This document shows, piece by piece, positions 24,960 through 41,611 of a stretch of 64,000 bases of DNA. How positions within the stretch are numbered: the first letter of the stretch is position 1; each line of letters opens with the position of its first letter. The notes beneath the pieces are model-generated. The model searched no databases, was not told where the DNA came from, and saw nothing but the letters and a program-made list of their open reading frames with translations. The DNA is from Moniliella sp. 'wahieum' (Eukaryota), in contig RSEE01000083.1 in the NCBI GenBank assembly GCA_003971905.1, forward strand, positions 186,001 through 250,000, in the 5' to 3' direction. Position numbers and translations under genes: made by a program.

Positions 24960-27079
24960 TTCGACCGAGGATAGGGATGACTTGCTTGTGGGGTGGAGGG
25001 GAGACGGCGTAGTGTTGGTTGTGTTGGAGGGATGCATCCCAAAAGGTAACTGTCACAAAACACACATATATATAGCAGTGGCGCACCCCTTTGCATCTAT
25101 ATATCCTGGCTGCGCTGGATGATCGATGAGTCCGGAAGTGCACCCTGTGGCGCAACGCCACTGAACTATTTATGCGCTCAAAGCGCTTGTCGTCGTCCTC
25201 CTCTCGCCTGCCTTTCTGGATTTGTGTCACTATGCCAATTTGCCGTCGATAACGTCATCATCAATGTTATCGATGCCTGTGGCGTGTCAGGCACCTCTTC
25301 CATGAAGATTGCTTGTTCTGGTACTTGACCCTAGCTTGAGACTAGCTTGAGTACTACTCCGAGCCGCATCAAACATATGTCCACACATGCGCCATCAATC
25401 ATCCGATCGCCGACTAATATATATATCACGCACCACTCACTACAGTTCGATGTTTTTTTCACTGGTGTCACTTCACGCTCTCCCACAGCTTTTCTCTCGC
25501 GGTTGTTGTATGGCTCCTCTCTGCAGTGCCCTTTTGGCCTGTAGAACAAGCTCTCGTATACCATCTGCTATAGAGACGTAGCCATGCAAAGGGGTAATCC
25601 TATTATAACACACCAGTGCAGTCACCCATTGCTGTCAGAGGCAAAACTCCCACACTGCACGCAGCTCCCTGCTGTAAGTCTATATGTGCGCATCAATGAT
25701 TCCTCATCTCTTCGATAGTCTCATCACGGTCTACTCCACCCGGTTGAGGCTCTGACAATCCAGGGGATCTTTTTCATATGCTCTCTCGGACTTTATAGGC
25801 CAGTGGAGAATCGAAGTGGAGGTGGTCATATAGTGGTTCTGTTTGAAGCACGCGCACCCCGTGTGATCCTGTTGGTAAAGCGGGGGGAAAGAAGCGCATC
25901 GTCGACTACGGCAATGCCCCTGCCGTTTTTATTGTATCGGTTTATCAGAGAAGGAGCCCAACAGTGGTACGTGTTCCTACAGCGTTTCGCTCATGAACAG
26001 TCATCTCTCCCAGTACTAGAAGGCCAGCGCAACCTCTTCTCCGACGGTCCCGTTGTCAATTGTAATGAAGAACTGAGAGCATTGACACGATTGACGCTTT
26101 CGGAAAAGCAGCATGATACACATCTCTGGAAAGGAGCGTTTGTCCCACACAAGGGTATAGTTCCATGCCCAACAACCATAAACATATTTGCCCAGGAGAA
26201 TACAGAGTGTATGTATAGGGGGCCAGGGTGATGCAGGTGATGACATGGTCAAGGCAAGGCATGATGGCCCTTACATCAGGAGTAGCGCCGACCGCGCTTC
26301 GTCGGGCTTATACGCACTAGCGCTTCCGTCCGGACCAAAAAAGAGGGTGAGCAAATGATGGTGAGACAGGGGTTACACACACGCAGTCACGATGGACACA
26401 AGGGGTGTGTGTCTGTGCGCTTTTTGCCAGCCGGGGGGTAAGATAAGAGGGTTTTATATAGCGCTTCAATGCGTTGGGGAGGCGCAGAAGCGCTAGCAGC
26501 CAACGCGTGCCCGTGCACAGGAAGCTGCGTTTTCTCGCCAGTTGCGCCAGTTTTCCTCATTTTGCTTCAAGCTTCATCGATCATCTCTCCGCATGTGCCT
26601 CAAGTTCCACACATACGTTCCACAAGCTTCACTACACGGATACAATAATCCGGCTCACTCTCCCTTGTGTCGCTCTCTCTAAATCAATCATTATAACCGC
26701 GGTTCTCACGAGATGTGATACTTATACTGTGCCCCTTTCAAGTCAACAGAGAGAGTATGGTTTAAAAAAAAAGGTTACCGATTACGGATGAAGCTGATGA
26801 GCTAGGTAGAAAAGACAAGAGCGCAGGGACAGTTGATGGTGTATTGCACATTGCACGTGGGGCTACAGAGGCTCAAGAATATTCCTGCCCTCCGCAGTAG
26901 AGGAATATTGGTAGGAATGAACCGGAAGGTTCAGGCCCTTGTGACTACTCGCGCCACCATACCCCCCAGTGTGGCGTCACAAGTTGATGAAGCGTCGTTT
27001 CGCCTGGCTTGATCAGCTTGATCGTAGTATCTATAGTCGAGACGACAGTATATATGCATTGTGTGGTAACAGTCGATTT

Positions 27080-29860
<2,781 letters not shown>

Positions 29861-30420
29861 GCATTCTACTACTATTCTAGACGCAACTTTCCCGTTGGAC
29901 TGCTAATTTGAAATCTGACGGCCGTAGCTTAATAAGCAGGAATGAGGTTACGATGGAGTAGAGCGAGAAAAGCGCGTGGCGGTAGCAAGGAGGCAGGCAA
30001 CTAGCACAGGAGGAAAGAAGAGAAGGAAACGGGGGCTGCGCGCGCCAAGCGCAGCGGGCGCGGAGCCGCCCCGTACAGGTGCCGGTGCGGGGGTCCAGCG
30101 CCAGTTAGGCACAAGCTATTATCGAATCATTAAAATCATTAGTACCTTCCACGCCACAACAACACAAAGTAGTTGTCGTATCTCACTCAGCCCCTAAAAC
30201 CGGTTTTGTTACGCCGCCGACTAAACCCCATGCCTCGCCGCTAGCACGTGTTGGACACGTCGCTGCTCATCATGTTTTCATTAGACGCTACCTTTACCTC
30301 TGACTGTGGGCAGATATATGTACGTGTGTCGCAACCCCAGTTTCGTCCTACTACTAGGTAGAACCTTCATGTAATAATCCAAGCACTGTGCCCCCGCTTC
30401 GCCTCATCATGCATCACCGG

Positions 30421-33335
30421 TCACCGCCTCCGCTTCAGATTTGCCTTTTCGCGCTCGTGCTTCTTCTGCTCTGACCTCTCTGTCTGGAGATCGGACATGA
30501 TGCGGTCGATGTGCTTCTTGTAGCGCGCATCTTCCTCTTGCTGCTCCTTCTCCTTGATCGATGCTGTGAAGCGTGCATCACGGCGCAGTTCGCGGATCGT
30601 CGACTTGCGCTCCTTCCTGTGCAACGCGCGCAGCTTGCTCGCCTCGGCGCGCTCGGGATCGGGGTCGGTCGAGACGCCCGATACAGAAAACTTGGGTGCA
30701 TGCATCTCGAGTGCCTTGGCGCGGTGCGCCTGCAGACGGAGGAAGCGCCGATGCGACTGGGCCAGGCCCACTCGCCTGTCCAACCCTTGGGCCAGCGCAG
30801 GTAGCTCGGGCCCAGCTGCCTTGCCTGCGCCCTTGACCAAGCTCACCAGGGACGGAAGAGATCAACGTATGCTTCGCATCCCGTGTAGAGCCGAGCGAAT
30901 ACTTCAATCAATTTGGCTGCTTGCGATAGAAGCTGGGCTCCAGCGGGCGGTCCCTCCCCCTTCCAGGCCAGCAGACTCACCAAGTCCACGCGCTTCCTCC
31001 CACCCTGCCTCGCCCTCAATCAAGGAAGCCTCGTCCATGGCAGCAGAGACTTTGGCCTTTCGCTTGGGCTGCAGAGAAGTGAGTGCCGCCAGGTCGTCCT
31101 GGGAAACAGCCATGCCGTACTCGGCCGCAGAGTGGAGGGCAGCGAGACGGTCCGAGTCGGATAGAGGCACCAGACCAAAAGAACCAAATGTAAGAAATTG
31201 AGTGCCTCAGGTACGATCCGCTTGCTCTCCTTCTCAAAGGACGCGGAGAGAGAGACGAGGTAGAGCCCGCGGCCGTGTCGGAGACAACTGAGGCAGGACG
31301 AATCCGGGCATGAGCCAAGTACTGGGCCATGAGGATCTGGGCCGATGTTGATACAGGGTGGGAGCGATCGGAGGTGGCCAGATTAGCCCAACGAGACGCA
31401 GGAAGGAGAGTTCAGAAAACGATGGCCAGGTTCGCCCGTTCCTCCCTGTCGCCGCGGCAGCAAGGCCACGGGTCAGGTTGCGCTGCATCAGCGTAAGTTT
31501 GGTGCAGAAAATGTGAGCCGCCGTGTCGGGGAAGAGCTTGGAAAGATCAAGGATGTGAGGCAGGAGCGTGTTGAGAAGAGAAACTGCCTCCTTACTGCTC
31601 ACCTCCGTCTCACTCCCGCTGGCGGACTCCTGCGCTTGTGCACCAAGGTAGAGAACATGATCCACCAGGATCTCGAGGAACGTTTCGGTGTGCTCCCGGT
31701 TCTGCGGGCCAAGACTGGGATTGTACAAGGTTCGGATCCGCTTAATCACTGTCGGCACCTGTTGGGTCTCAACGTTATGCTCTTGAAGTAAGGCAAGGAA
31801 GTCGGCATGCGTCTCGGGAGCAGGGAATGTGTAGGGAAGTTGGCTCGTTTCCTTTTTTGAGCCGGACGGGACCTGTTTGCTTGAAGCACCGACAAGGGCC
31901 TCAGCTTCGCCGCCAGCCACGACCTCCTCGTCCGAGTCCATGTCTTCCCCTGGTTTGGACAGGCCTTCCAAGTCGGCCAAGTCATTATAATTGTGTTCGT
32001 GGTTCTCGATCTCCTCTTCTTCATCATCCGAGGAACCAGTCGCTCCGTCTGCGTCGTCGGAGGTATCCTCCTCCTCTTCAGAACCCGATTCTGCACCAAG
32101 ACCTTGTCCCAGGCCGTAGGCCTCTCCTGCCGAGACACCCTCAAGGATAAAGTCGTCATCCAAATCATCAGCACCACGCTCGTGACGCTCCAAAAGCTTG
32201 GCACGCTTCCGCTTGCCCGCTCCCGTCGCAGTTGCTTCATCCTCCGCAGCTGCTTCGTCATCCGAGTCGCCACGCATGCGTCGTAACCGTTCACGCTCAG
32301 CAGCTTGAAGCCGTTCTGCCTCCTCTGCCGCCCGCTCCTCGTCCGTCTTCATCCGGTCCGTCGGCTGGGCCCTTCGCTCATACACCAAACTGCGATACAG
32401 TGCATCGTACGTGCTCCCCCCATCGGCCGGCATGGCATTGGCGCCCGTCGCTGGGTTCTCAGTGGTAGGTACAGTAGATGGTACAGGCGCCTCGCTGGGG
32501 TGAGTCGGAGCCGGGCGCATTGCCAGAAGATCATTCTTAATGTCATCCAGAGCATCGTCCAGCTCATACCGCGTCTCCTCATCTTGTTCCCGCGCCTTTT
32601 GCCGCTCGTACTTGGCATTCTTGGACTTGAGCATAACCTCCGCCATGATCTCCTCCTTACTCCGCGCTTTCCCTCTGCGTCCTCCCTGGCCACACCTTCC
32701 GGCAACTCGTCGTCAAAGGGGTTGTAGGTTTGTTGGGCACCTGCTTCGTCCTCATCGTCGGTACCCAGTCCGGCACCAAGAACACCATCGTCCATACCCG
32801 ATAAGCTTTGGCCAAAGTGGGTCAACCCTTCGTCCTCCGAGTCATCAAGGTTAAACAGGCTCGCCTTACCGGCGCGGCGGGCGCTGGCAGAGCCGCTTGT
32901 GAGCTGTCGTTTGCGTTCAGCGGTGAAACGTTCGAGCATGCGCTGCTCCACCGACATGTTGGGGTTGTTCTCGCCGAACCGGCGATCGACAAACGCGCCG
33001 CTCTTGTGCCGGTCCTGCAGCTGCGGCAGCAGCTGGGCCTTCCGTGCGGCTATGGCAGCTGACTTGGACTCAGCCGGCCGGCCGACGATACCTTTGGCGT
33101 TCTTGTGTGGATGCTGGCGCGTGTGAGGATGTCGCGCTTTTGCTTGGTAACTTTGGTGTCAAACGTGCTGGCAAACGCATCGCCCAGGGCGGAGCGTGCC
33201 TCGAGGCGTGTGCGCGCCTTGGCGTTCGCGCCGGAGGCAGACGAGCGCTTCTTCCCCTCGGACGGACCTCCCCGCAGACCATCGCTGACCGCTCGGTTCT
33301 TGAGCGGGCCAGCGGGAACCTCCCTTCTTGGCCAT
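30421..33335 (-). CDS. NOP14: Nucleolar 40S biogenesis protein Nop14
   Basis: FDTKVTKQKRDIL, GAFVDRRFGENNPNMSVEQRMLERF, MAEVMLKSKNAKYERQ, ERRAQPTDRMKTDEE, LPYTFPAP and ERKSTIRELRRDARF. Confidence 0.95.
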
Positions 33336-33600
33336 GGCTGTGGTGTGGGACGCCCAAGCGGTTGATGTTGATGTGCAAGGTGGGATATTTTTTTTGGGCC
33401 ACACGGATCGGTGCAAGTGCTGTCGACTGCCAGTTTCAATTTCTGACCACTTTTTTTTTAAATTACTTGGCTGCCTCAAACTAGCAAACCAAGGGTGAGG
33501 TCTGCTCTGCCCCCTCTCGCGTCGGCCTCAGGCCCACTGGAGGAAGGGAGGCCGTCCGCTTGCGACAGACCACCATCTCCACCGCGTCGTTCCCGAGAGG

Positions 33601-35382
33601 ATGGACTCGGCCGCTAATTCGCGCATCGATCGCTCCCATGCCGCCCAAGACCGCATTGAAGCCAAGCTGAAGGCCGCGCGTGAGCGGGCTGCGGCCAAGG
33701 CAGCTCCCCCGGCCCAGGACGGGCATGAGGAGGAGGACCAAGCCCCGTCGCAGCTCCTGTTTCCCCTTCCCATCCTGCTGCCCTGCCGCCCCACCTTCCC
33801 TCCGACGAGTCTGATACGAAGCCACAATCATTCGGCGAGCTGGGCATCACCCCTCCTCTCGTCCGTTCGCTTTCCAACCTGGCCATCACCGTCCCCACCG
33901 ACATTCAAGCGCTTACCATCCCTGCCATTCTGGCTGGCGGGAGGGATGTTGTGGGCGGAGCCCAGACGGGTGCCGGTAAGACCCTCTGTTTTGCTCGCCG
34001 ATATACAGCGCCTGGCTGCCGACCCCGTCGCTGGATTTGCCCTCATCCTCACCCGACGCGCGAACTGGCCGCAGCTACACCAGCAATTCGTAGCTGTAGC
34101 CCAGGGCATCCGGCCGCCGCTTGGCTTGCACTCGGCTCTTGTGGTGGGTGGGTTGGACCAGCTCAAGCAAGCGTCGACGCTGGCGAACGTGCGCCCGCAT
34201 GTCATCATCGCCACCCCGGGTCGACTGGTGGACTTGCTGCGGAGCAGTGGCAACGGATACAATGGCCTGCTGTCGCGTTGCCGCTTCGTCGTCCTGGACG
34301 AGGCAGACCTGCTCTTGACGCCATCTTTCGCTCCTGAATTGGCCTATTTGTTCCAGGAGGCCCTGCCGCCTGCCAAGCAGAGGCAAACACTCCTCTTCAC
34401 CGCTACCTTGACCGAGTCGATTGATGCGCTGGTTGCAAAGAATGCGACACGTGCCTCTGACGAGGGCAAGTTGCCACCGCTTGTTTGCAAGATTGATCAG
34501 GCTACCTCCACCCCCAATGAGTTGATTCAGCGCTACATTCTCGTTCCTTCACATATGCGTGAACCCCACCTGTATCATATGCTGCGCCATTCGCCGGCCT
34601 TGCGCCAACTGATGCGCAGCCAAAGGAGCGCTCCTCGGATTCCGGCACGTCTGACTTGCAGAACGAGAATGAGGAAGAAGAGGAAGAAGAGGAAGAGTAC
34701 GAGGTACTCCTCACGAGGAAGAAGGGGAAAGCGAGGATGAGGAGAAGATGCAAGCCAAGCTAAAGCAGACACCTACCATCATCTTTGTCAACCGCAGCTC
34801 CATGGCCGAGCAAGTGTCGAGGATGCTGACTCTGCTTGACATTCCCAATGTGGCGTTGCACAGTCTTTTGGACCAGCGACAGAGACTGGACAACCTACAA
34901 GCCTTCCGTGCTGCTAAGTACCCTGTGCTTGTTTCTACCGACGTTGGTTCGCGCGGCCTTGACATTCCCCAAGTCCAATGCGTGATCAACTTTGACTTAC
35001 CGGCGGCATGGGAGGACTATGTGCACCGCGTCGGTCGTACCGCCCGCCATGGCAAGATCGGATGGCAGTGAGTTTCGTGACGGAGCACGATGTCAAGTTG
35101 GTCCAGTCGATCGAAGAGAAGATCGGGACTCGGTTGACCGAGCTCAAGGGCTTCACTGACCGCGCGGGTGGGTCGGGGTTCACATTACACAAGACGGGAG
35201 AAGAGAAGGTGCTAGAGCACTTGTCGCGCGTGATGGCGGCCAAGCGCACTGCCCGCCTCGATATGGACGATGCCAAGATGGGCGAGCGCGGCAGGAACGA
35301 AACAAGCGCAAAAGCGAGCTCCGATCCGACTCTGGTCGCAAAAACACAAAAAGAACAAACCCAAGCGCAAGGCCTAAAATAG
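33601..35382 (+). CDS. DBP8: DEAD-box RNA helicase Dbp8 (DDX49)
   Basis: [15 protein letters not shown] (after repair), [44 protein letters not shown] and [11 protein letters not shown]. The motif I context and C-terminal RVMAAKRTA fit Dbp8. Confidence 0.85.
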
Positions 35383-35454
35383 AGAGAGGGAAGAAGCAAT
35401 TAATGGATGTGGAGGCGTGTATGCAGTCTACCTCAACTTAGTTGTCCGGCAGAG

Positions 35455-36262
35455 TCATAGGCAGCAGAGCAAGGCTACCCTACGCCCCTCGGACTGGAGA
35501 AGGTTGTACGTCGAGGCGGCGTGGCCCGTATCTTGCACCTCGACCTGGATGCCCAAGTTGCCCAAGTAAGCTCGGATTGGGGGTGGCAGAGGCAGCGCCC
35601 GAAAGCCCGTACCAAAGATGAGGATATCTGGGTAAGCAGTTAGGATGTGTTTCCTCCCTTCAAAGACCCGAGCGAGGGGATGAGAATCCAGAGAGAACGT
35701 ACCTGGCTTGGGTGCTACCACCTCAAATAGTTTCCAAATTTCGTCTTGGCCCGTCTCCTTGTCGAGCCAGGCCTCCCAGCCTCCGGGTACAAGAGCAGGA
35801 GAATGCGAAGCGGGCGCAGAACGACCATCAGGGGGGATTGGCGGAGTCGTGCATTCATTGCATTGGTCAGCACGGCCGTGGGGCTGAGGGGAGGCGGGCG
35901 CCAAAGAAAGAGTGTATTGTTGAGGATGATCAATGGCTCCTCGGTTCGCTGCCCCGTCGAAAGAAGAAAGTGCCCCTTGCGTGCTGGGGACCCAGGGGGG
36001 GCATTGGGGTCAGGGTTTCCCACTCGGGTCACCACCAGACTACCATCTTCTCTTCCAGTAGGTTAACGTAGTTAGCGCTCTTGCCCAGCTCGGGGGCCGC
36101 CGCCTCCTCTGCGTCAGTACGGAACGTCTTGAGCTCCGGCCCATGCGAGGTACAAGAGGAGCTAACGCCGCGATAAGCACATGATCTCGTGACACGATGT
36201 TGGGCCTCAGTTGGCGGGAAGCGGTCCTGGCGATAAGAGAGCGCGCGATACTGGAAGACCAT
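35455..36262 (-). CDS. NDUFAF3: Mth938-domain protein, NDUFAF3-like complex I assembly factor
   Basis: PDILIFGTG...PIRAYLGNLGIQVEVQDTGHAASTYNLLQSEGRRV is the Mth938/DUF498 signature. The Arg-rich N-terminus could be a mitochondrial presequence. Confidence 0.85.
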
Positions 36263-36820
36263 TGGAGCGCGCGCATCTTAGAAAGCAAGAGTGGTGGTTG
36301 CTTCGCCATCAGCTTCAAGCACATCGGCAATGCTAGCGCGTGACATTCTCTCGCGCGGAATTGATTCCGCCCATTTACCCCACATTCTGCGCCACCGCTC
36401 GACTGCAGAGCAGTAAGTATTTGATGACTAGTGGCTCTTTCCAGGCGCATATTAGCACCACACGCTTCGGCAATCTGATCGATGTATAGGATTCAGGGAT
36501 GCCCTGGAGAAATCCATCCCAAGAGCATGCTGGATCTGGGCCCGCAACATATGGTTGGTATAGCACACCGACCATTCCCTCAGGTGTGGGGTTGTGAAAT
36601 GAACGAAAATAATAAAGTTGTACTGCGTATAGTATCAGAAGCCCAAGGTGCACATCAGTCTCTGTCATACACACTCACAGTCATATACAGTGTTGCTATT
36701 CAGTTTTCTCCTTTGTTCGTGGTGCACATCAATATGTATGTCCAAGTGTAAAAAGAAGGTATGCACAACAGAGAGCAAAATGGAAGAAGACAACAAAGAC
36801 ATCAAAAAAGGCGAAGAACG

Positions 36821-38525
36821 TTACTTGTCATTAGATGGCTTCTGACTCAATGTTGTAAGATGATGGAGTGAGTGTAGTGGCGTCAGCCGTGTCAGCAATT
36901 GCAATGTCATGGTGTGCTCGCGTTCAAGGGTGGTGTGGTTGGTCACACGCCAAATGAGCAGAGGTACCACAATTAAGAGCGCTCCCACATTGAGCCCCCA
37001 CGCGACGCCCAGTTGCTCCTCAAATGATTTCTTATTGTTCTCCATTCCCCATCCTGCCACGTTGCCTGCACTCTGGATGGCCTTGTACAGTCCGCTGATG
37101 TAGGCAAGCTTGGAGATGTCGTTGCTAAGCATGCCAAAGATGGAGTAGCACAGTACTTGTGTACAGGCGTCGATAAGCCCCATGCACATGTATAGTACTG
37201 CCCGGCCGCCATAGGGATTCGACTCGGTCCAGGATTGTCGGGCAGGGAGCAACGTGATAGCCACAGTGGATTCGAGGCCCACACGGGTAGGACTCTCGGC
37301 GTACTGTCGAAGGCTCATTCCCTCGGCCGCATAGTGCTCCTTGAACTCCATCAAGACTTTGTACGAACCACCCCACACGGTCCAGCAGACGACGAAGGTG
37401 ATCGCCCAGCCGGCCCATGCACGATGGCGCCGAGTTAGACGCGGTGTATCCAGTACGAAACCCATGATCATCGCGCCAAACATTTGAGCGAGCCAGTAGA
37501 GAAGCGAGTTGAGGCCACGAGCACGAAGGGAGAAGAAGTAACCATTGTACACGGTTTGCTGCCAGGCATAGCAATAGTTGGAACTGAGAGCAAGAGGACG
37601 AGAGCAAATCCAGGGATCCTGGCACAGTACCCGCACCATGCCTGTCATCCCTCCTTAAATGGTAACTCTGTGGGAGTGACCCAAGGGTGCCATCGGAACG
37701 GACCGTCTTACGCGGATTGCGCAACAAAAGTGTCGCGCATGCTCCTACAAAGGTAATCACCGTAAAGGCAAGTACGTGCTGTTGCTCACCTGATTGTCAG
37801 ACGTGTTCCATCCCAGACCCATCTCGATGGCTGATCCCAGGACGCCTCCCAGATTAAAAATGATCCAGAACAACGCGATGGCTGTATACGAAAGGAATTG
37901 TCAGGAGGAGCAGGGGGGGAAGAATGCTGAGCGACGTACCTTTGCCCTTGTTCTCCTCGGTGGGGTAGGAAAGCATCAGAGCACCCTGTCCAGTCCAGAG
38001 GAAGGAAGCACACATCCCAAGATGGCACCCGCGGCAATGACAAAGTTGGTGTTGCCATTGATGTTGTAGCTGAGGAAAGAGGCAGTGTAAAGACAGTAAC
38101 CAAGAGCGCCTGTTTCGACAGTGTCAGGTGCAAGGCGTTGCGCAGAAAGGATGGCGTGAAAATGACTTACCAATGAAAATCATCCTCTTGGAACCAACCA
38201 TGTTGTGGATACTGCCCGAGATGAAAGAGACGCCAGCAAAAACGGAGTATAAGGCAATGTTGGCCTTAACCGCTGCACTGGGGTCGGACAGGCCGCCACC
38301 TCCCATGCCACCAAGGGCGTTGAACATGCCTGGGCCAAGGAAGCAAACGAAGCCGAGGATGCACACCTGGACCATGGCCGAATGATACCAGCCCAGGAGA
38401 CCTTTGCGGCGTATGACATGGACCACGTCCACCTCCCCATTGGTGGGCAAGGCGACAAGCCCAACGTCGATGTGATCTTTCCGGTCGAGCGACCCTGTTG
38501 GGGTTGAAGCAGAGGCAGCAGACAT
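36821..38525 (-). CDS. UNC-93-like MFS membrane protein
   Basis: QVCILGFVCFLGPGMFNALGGMGGGG, LSYPTEENKG, FWIIFNLGGVLG, FFSLRARGLNSLLYWLAQMFGA and GLYKAIQSAG. Introns at ~38110-38170 and ~37888-37939. Confidence 0.9.
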
Positions 38526-39232
38526 GGGCGAGAGGGGGTGTGTGGTGGGGGGGAAGAAGATGATAAGGGCAGGGGGCTGAGCGCTGAGTGAATATAGTCA
38601 GTGCTCAGCGCGTTCAGCCTTCAAGTTGGCGCTGTGGATGTATGGACTGCGATAAATGGCGTACACTCGGGCTGCGTTGCGGGCCAACGCGGCAGTGCCA
38701 ACCTGTGGGCGTGTTGGGAAGCCTTGGGCTGTGCTGTTGTGTCGAGCATGTCTGGCCTCTGTGGCCCGTCTGGCCCCTGGCGGAAGCTAAGCCAGGAACG
38801 ACCCGAAGATCGACGTGGCGGGGGGCTGGCTCCCATGCGCCCCATGCTCCCGGTCCCGACCCTCGCCCCCACCCGTCACTACACTGGGCTCGTGCCTGGG
38901 GCCAGCGGAGGCTGGCGCCGTGCCTAATGCTCCTGCCAGCTTCCGGCATCCTTCGCGGCGCTTGTCCCGGGGCTGAGCGCCGAGCACCCGACCGTAGCAC
39001 TAGGGCGCTGTCGGATCACTGACTGCCCCACGCTTGTCCCGCAACACGGGCCAGGCACAGGGGCAGCCTGGGGGGGTCTATCAACGGTATCTCTCCAAGC
39101 TTAAGGCTTAACGCCATACTACGTAATCACCCCAGCCCCTAGTCGCCCCCGCAGCAGGCCCCAGCTGCTGTGATGCATGATAGTTTGGCCGTGCGGCGGG
39201 CATAAGCATAAGGCCTAAGCTCTAAGGGTGAA

Positions 39233-39325
39233 TCTAGTCACTAGTCACTAGTCACTCAGTACTCAGTTACTCACTACTCAGTACTCACTAGCCTCCTAGT
39301 CACTAGTCACTAGTCACCGGTCACC
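39233..39325. repeat. Degenerate heptamer array (ACTAGTC/ACTCAGT)n
   Basis: Seen directly: ctagtcactagtcactagtcactcagtactcagttactcactactcagtactcactag... Confidence 0.8.
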
Positions 39326-41493
39326 CCGGCCGCCACGCGCTTCCCCGTAATCGATTGCCTCGGGCAATCAGACAGGCGTTTTCGCCGAAGGAAACGACGC
39401 CCCCGCAATCGCGTGTCTCAGGCGTTGCAACGGATCTATCCTGAGACGGCAGAGGAAGAGCCGGGCAGCCTGTGTTGGCTCAGACACCTCAGATTGAACG
39501 ACCATCAATCAGGCAGAACCTGAGCGGCTGAGCGCGCTGTGGCTACGCTTGCGGATCGCTAGTAGATTGGGAAGAGGAATGTCGAGGAGGTCTCGGATGA
39601 ATCATCAACACGAGCTCACTTTTATAGTAGTTGATGTCTCCATGTGGCAACGAGGAAAGCACCACAGTGACCCGGCGGAGCACGCCCTAGCAATACCACA
39701 ACCTCGACCCTTAGTGCCTGCACCATAAAACGGGTAAGCGCGGAGCTCTGGCCGAGAGATGTGGGGAAAAGTCCTACTGTTGCACAGACTGAGTTCGGGA
39801 GTAGAGAGGGTGCACAGGGTAAGGAGTTACTGATTGTGGGGACACAGACCAAGACCAAAAAGACAGGCGGACAGAGTCGGAGGTGGCGAATACGGGCGCA
39901 TATACGCTCATAGGTCGATGGGTGTTCTGAGTGGTGTCTGGTGCTGACATGTGACAGCCGGCAACATTCCCATACTGTTCTGCCTGGCATGTATGATGGG
40001 TCGAGGTTGGCCTGCACCGTCCAATGTTTCCCTGTGGTTGGCTAGGTCTTCTTCAGTTAGCTTACCTACTCAGAAGGTTTTCTTTTCTTGCAGCAATACC
40101 TGTATTTGCGTTCCAACCACCTGTATACCGCTCCCGTATATACTCGATATACTCCTCCTCTCTCTCCGCTATATCGCTGTCTGCATCGTAGAGACTGTTG
40201 TGTCTCGATTGCGTTCTGGCATACTTGCGGCGCTAAACCGGCATGCCTTGACACGGGGGGGGTCACGAAAACGGGGGAATGGAGGTGGTCGGTGGGGGAA
40301 CAAAGAGCATGAAGGGGGCAAAATGAGATCTTACTTCTTTGCTGCACTGTAAGATTTGTACGGCTACGAGACGGTTCGTCTTTTATGCCATCGTACACCA
40401 CCGTGCACCACAGAGCACACTATGGACCTTCTCTCGAGCGTGGTGAAGCTGGCACCCTGCTATGCCCAATGTTGGATTAGCTTGTCGCCCATCTGCGATG
40501 TGGAAGTCGGGACTATATATAGCCCATCAGGCGTGCTGGGTACAGCCTGGCACAGCACAGGCACTGGGGATAAGGGCTACCGGCTCGATTGGTGCTCTGG
40601 AGATTGCGAGGATGCATGTTGGGGGCGCAAGACTGAGCCACAGCGCAGCGGACGGGATTTGGGCACTGGGGCGAAAGGTCAACTGCTGAGCGGGGGTCTG
40701 AAGAGGAGGGCGGTTGCAAATGGTGGCGAGTGGTGCTCTGTGGACCGTTTTGGCTGCGCACAACGACACTACTGTCCGCCCATTCATCCCCATAATGAAA
40801 GCTTTCTTCCCTTGGATTTACTCTTAGTAGTTCTGTTCTAGTCTCCTGTAGCACTTAGCAATACTACGCACACATGCTGCACTATAACTGCGCAATATCC
40901 ACTGGATCACCCCGATTGACACATATTAACCACGAAAAATCCACTGATTACCACTGATTACATTTAGTACCACTGATTCCCACAGAAATACGACGCAGTG
41001 AGTGTCACGGGCTTATCTTCGGTTATCGACAGATACCTCTTGGGTCCACATGCAAGGACATGATGCATGGCTGCACCCAAAATTCCGGAGCGCACGTTTG
41101 CCGGCACTCCAACACTGAGGCTAATCAACGAGATGTTGCACTTGAGCGTCGGACCGTGAGCATATTCGGCGGAGACTTACGCGCTGAAGACCGGGTGAAA
41201 GCAGGCGGAAATCGATCCCATACTATACACGTACTATTATGGGTACACACTGATGCAGTCCGATCGATGAGAGGCAAATGTCGCTTTTGGATTGAAAAGG
41301 GGCGTCGAGAGGCACATAAGGGAAATCGACAGCGCCGCAGTACGGCATTGATGCGCTCCTGAAATGCCGCCCACGTCAGACGGTAGCCCATATTAACAGG
41401 CAGCGCCCACTGAGCGCAGCCGGCGAGGGTAACAATATGCAAAAGGCTGAAATGGCACAGCCACTCTATATTGATTGGCGAGGGCATCTGTCG

Positions 41494-41502
41494 ATATATA
41501 AG
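41494..41502 (+). promoter_or_regulatory. TATA box of Hsp70 copy 3 (ATATATAAG), conserved in copy 2 at ~29401-29409 (minus)
   Basis: Identical GTCGATATATAAGAG ~105-115 bp upstream of both ATGs. Confidence 0.6.
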
Positions 41503-41611
41503 AGAGTGTCGACGCCGAATTAACCATACGCACTCGCACCACATTCACCAACACCACCAGCACTCTCCCCACCACCTCCCCGCCCAGCACTTCTCCGCCT
41601 CCTCACCTACC

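Noticed and set aside
26878..26909. 9-bp inverted repeat AATATTCCT/AGGAATATT
   Set aside because: Isolated and short, with no target-site duplication or second copy seen.
36420..36480. TTGATGA...CTGA as another C/D snoRNA
   Set aside because: Only ~58 nt long with no convincing terminal stem, and I could match at most ~8 nt to rRNA from memory.
41180..41215. Three spaced GAA units as a heat-shock element for Hsp70 copy 3
   Set aside because: Spacing is 11 nt rather than the 5 or 10 nt of canonical or step HSEs. I noticed no perfect nGAAnnTTCn array, but did not scan exhaustively.
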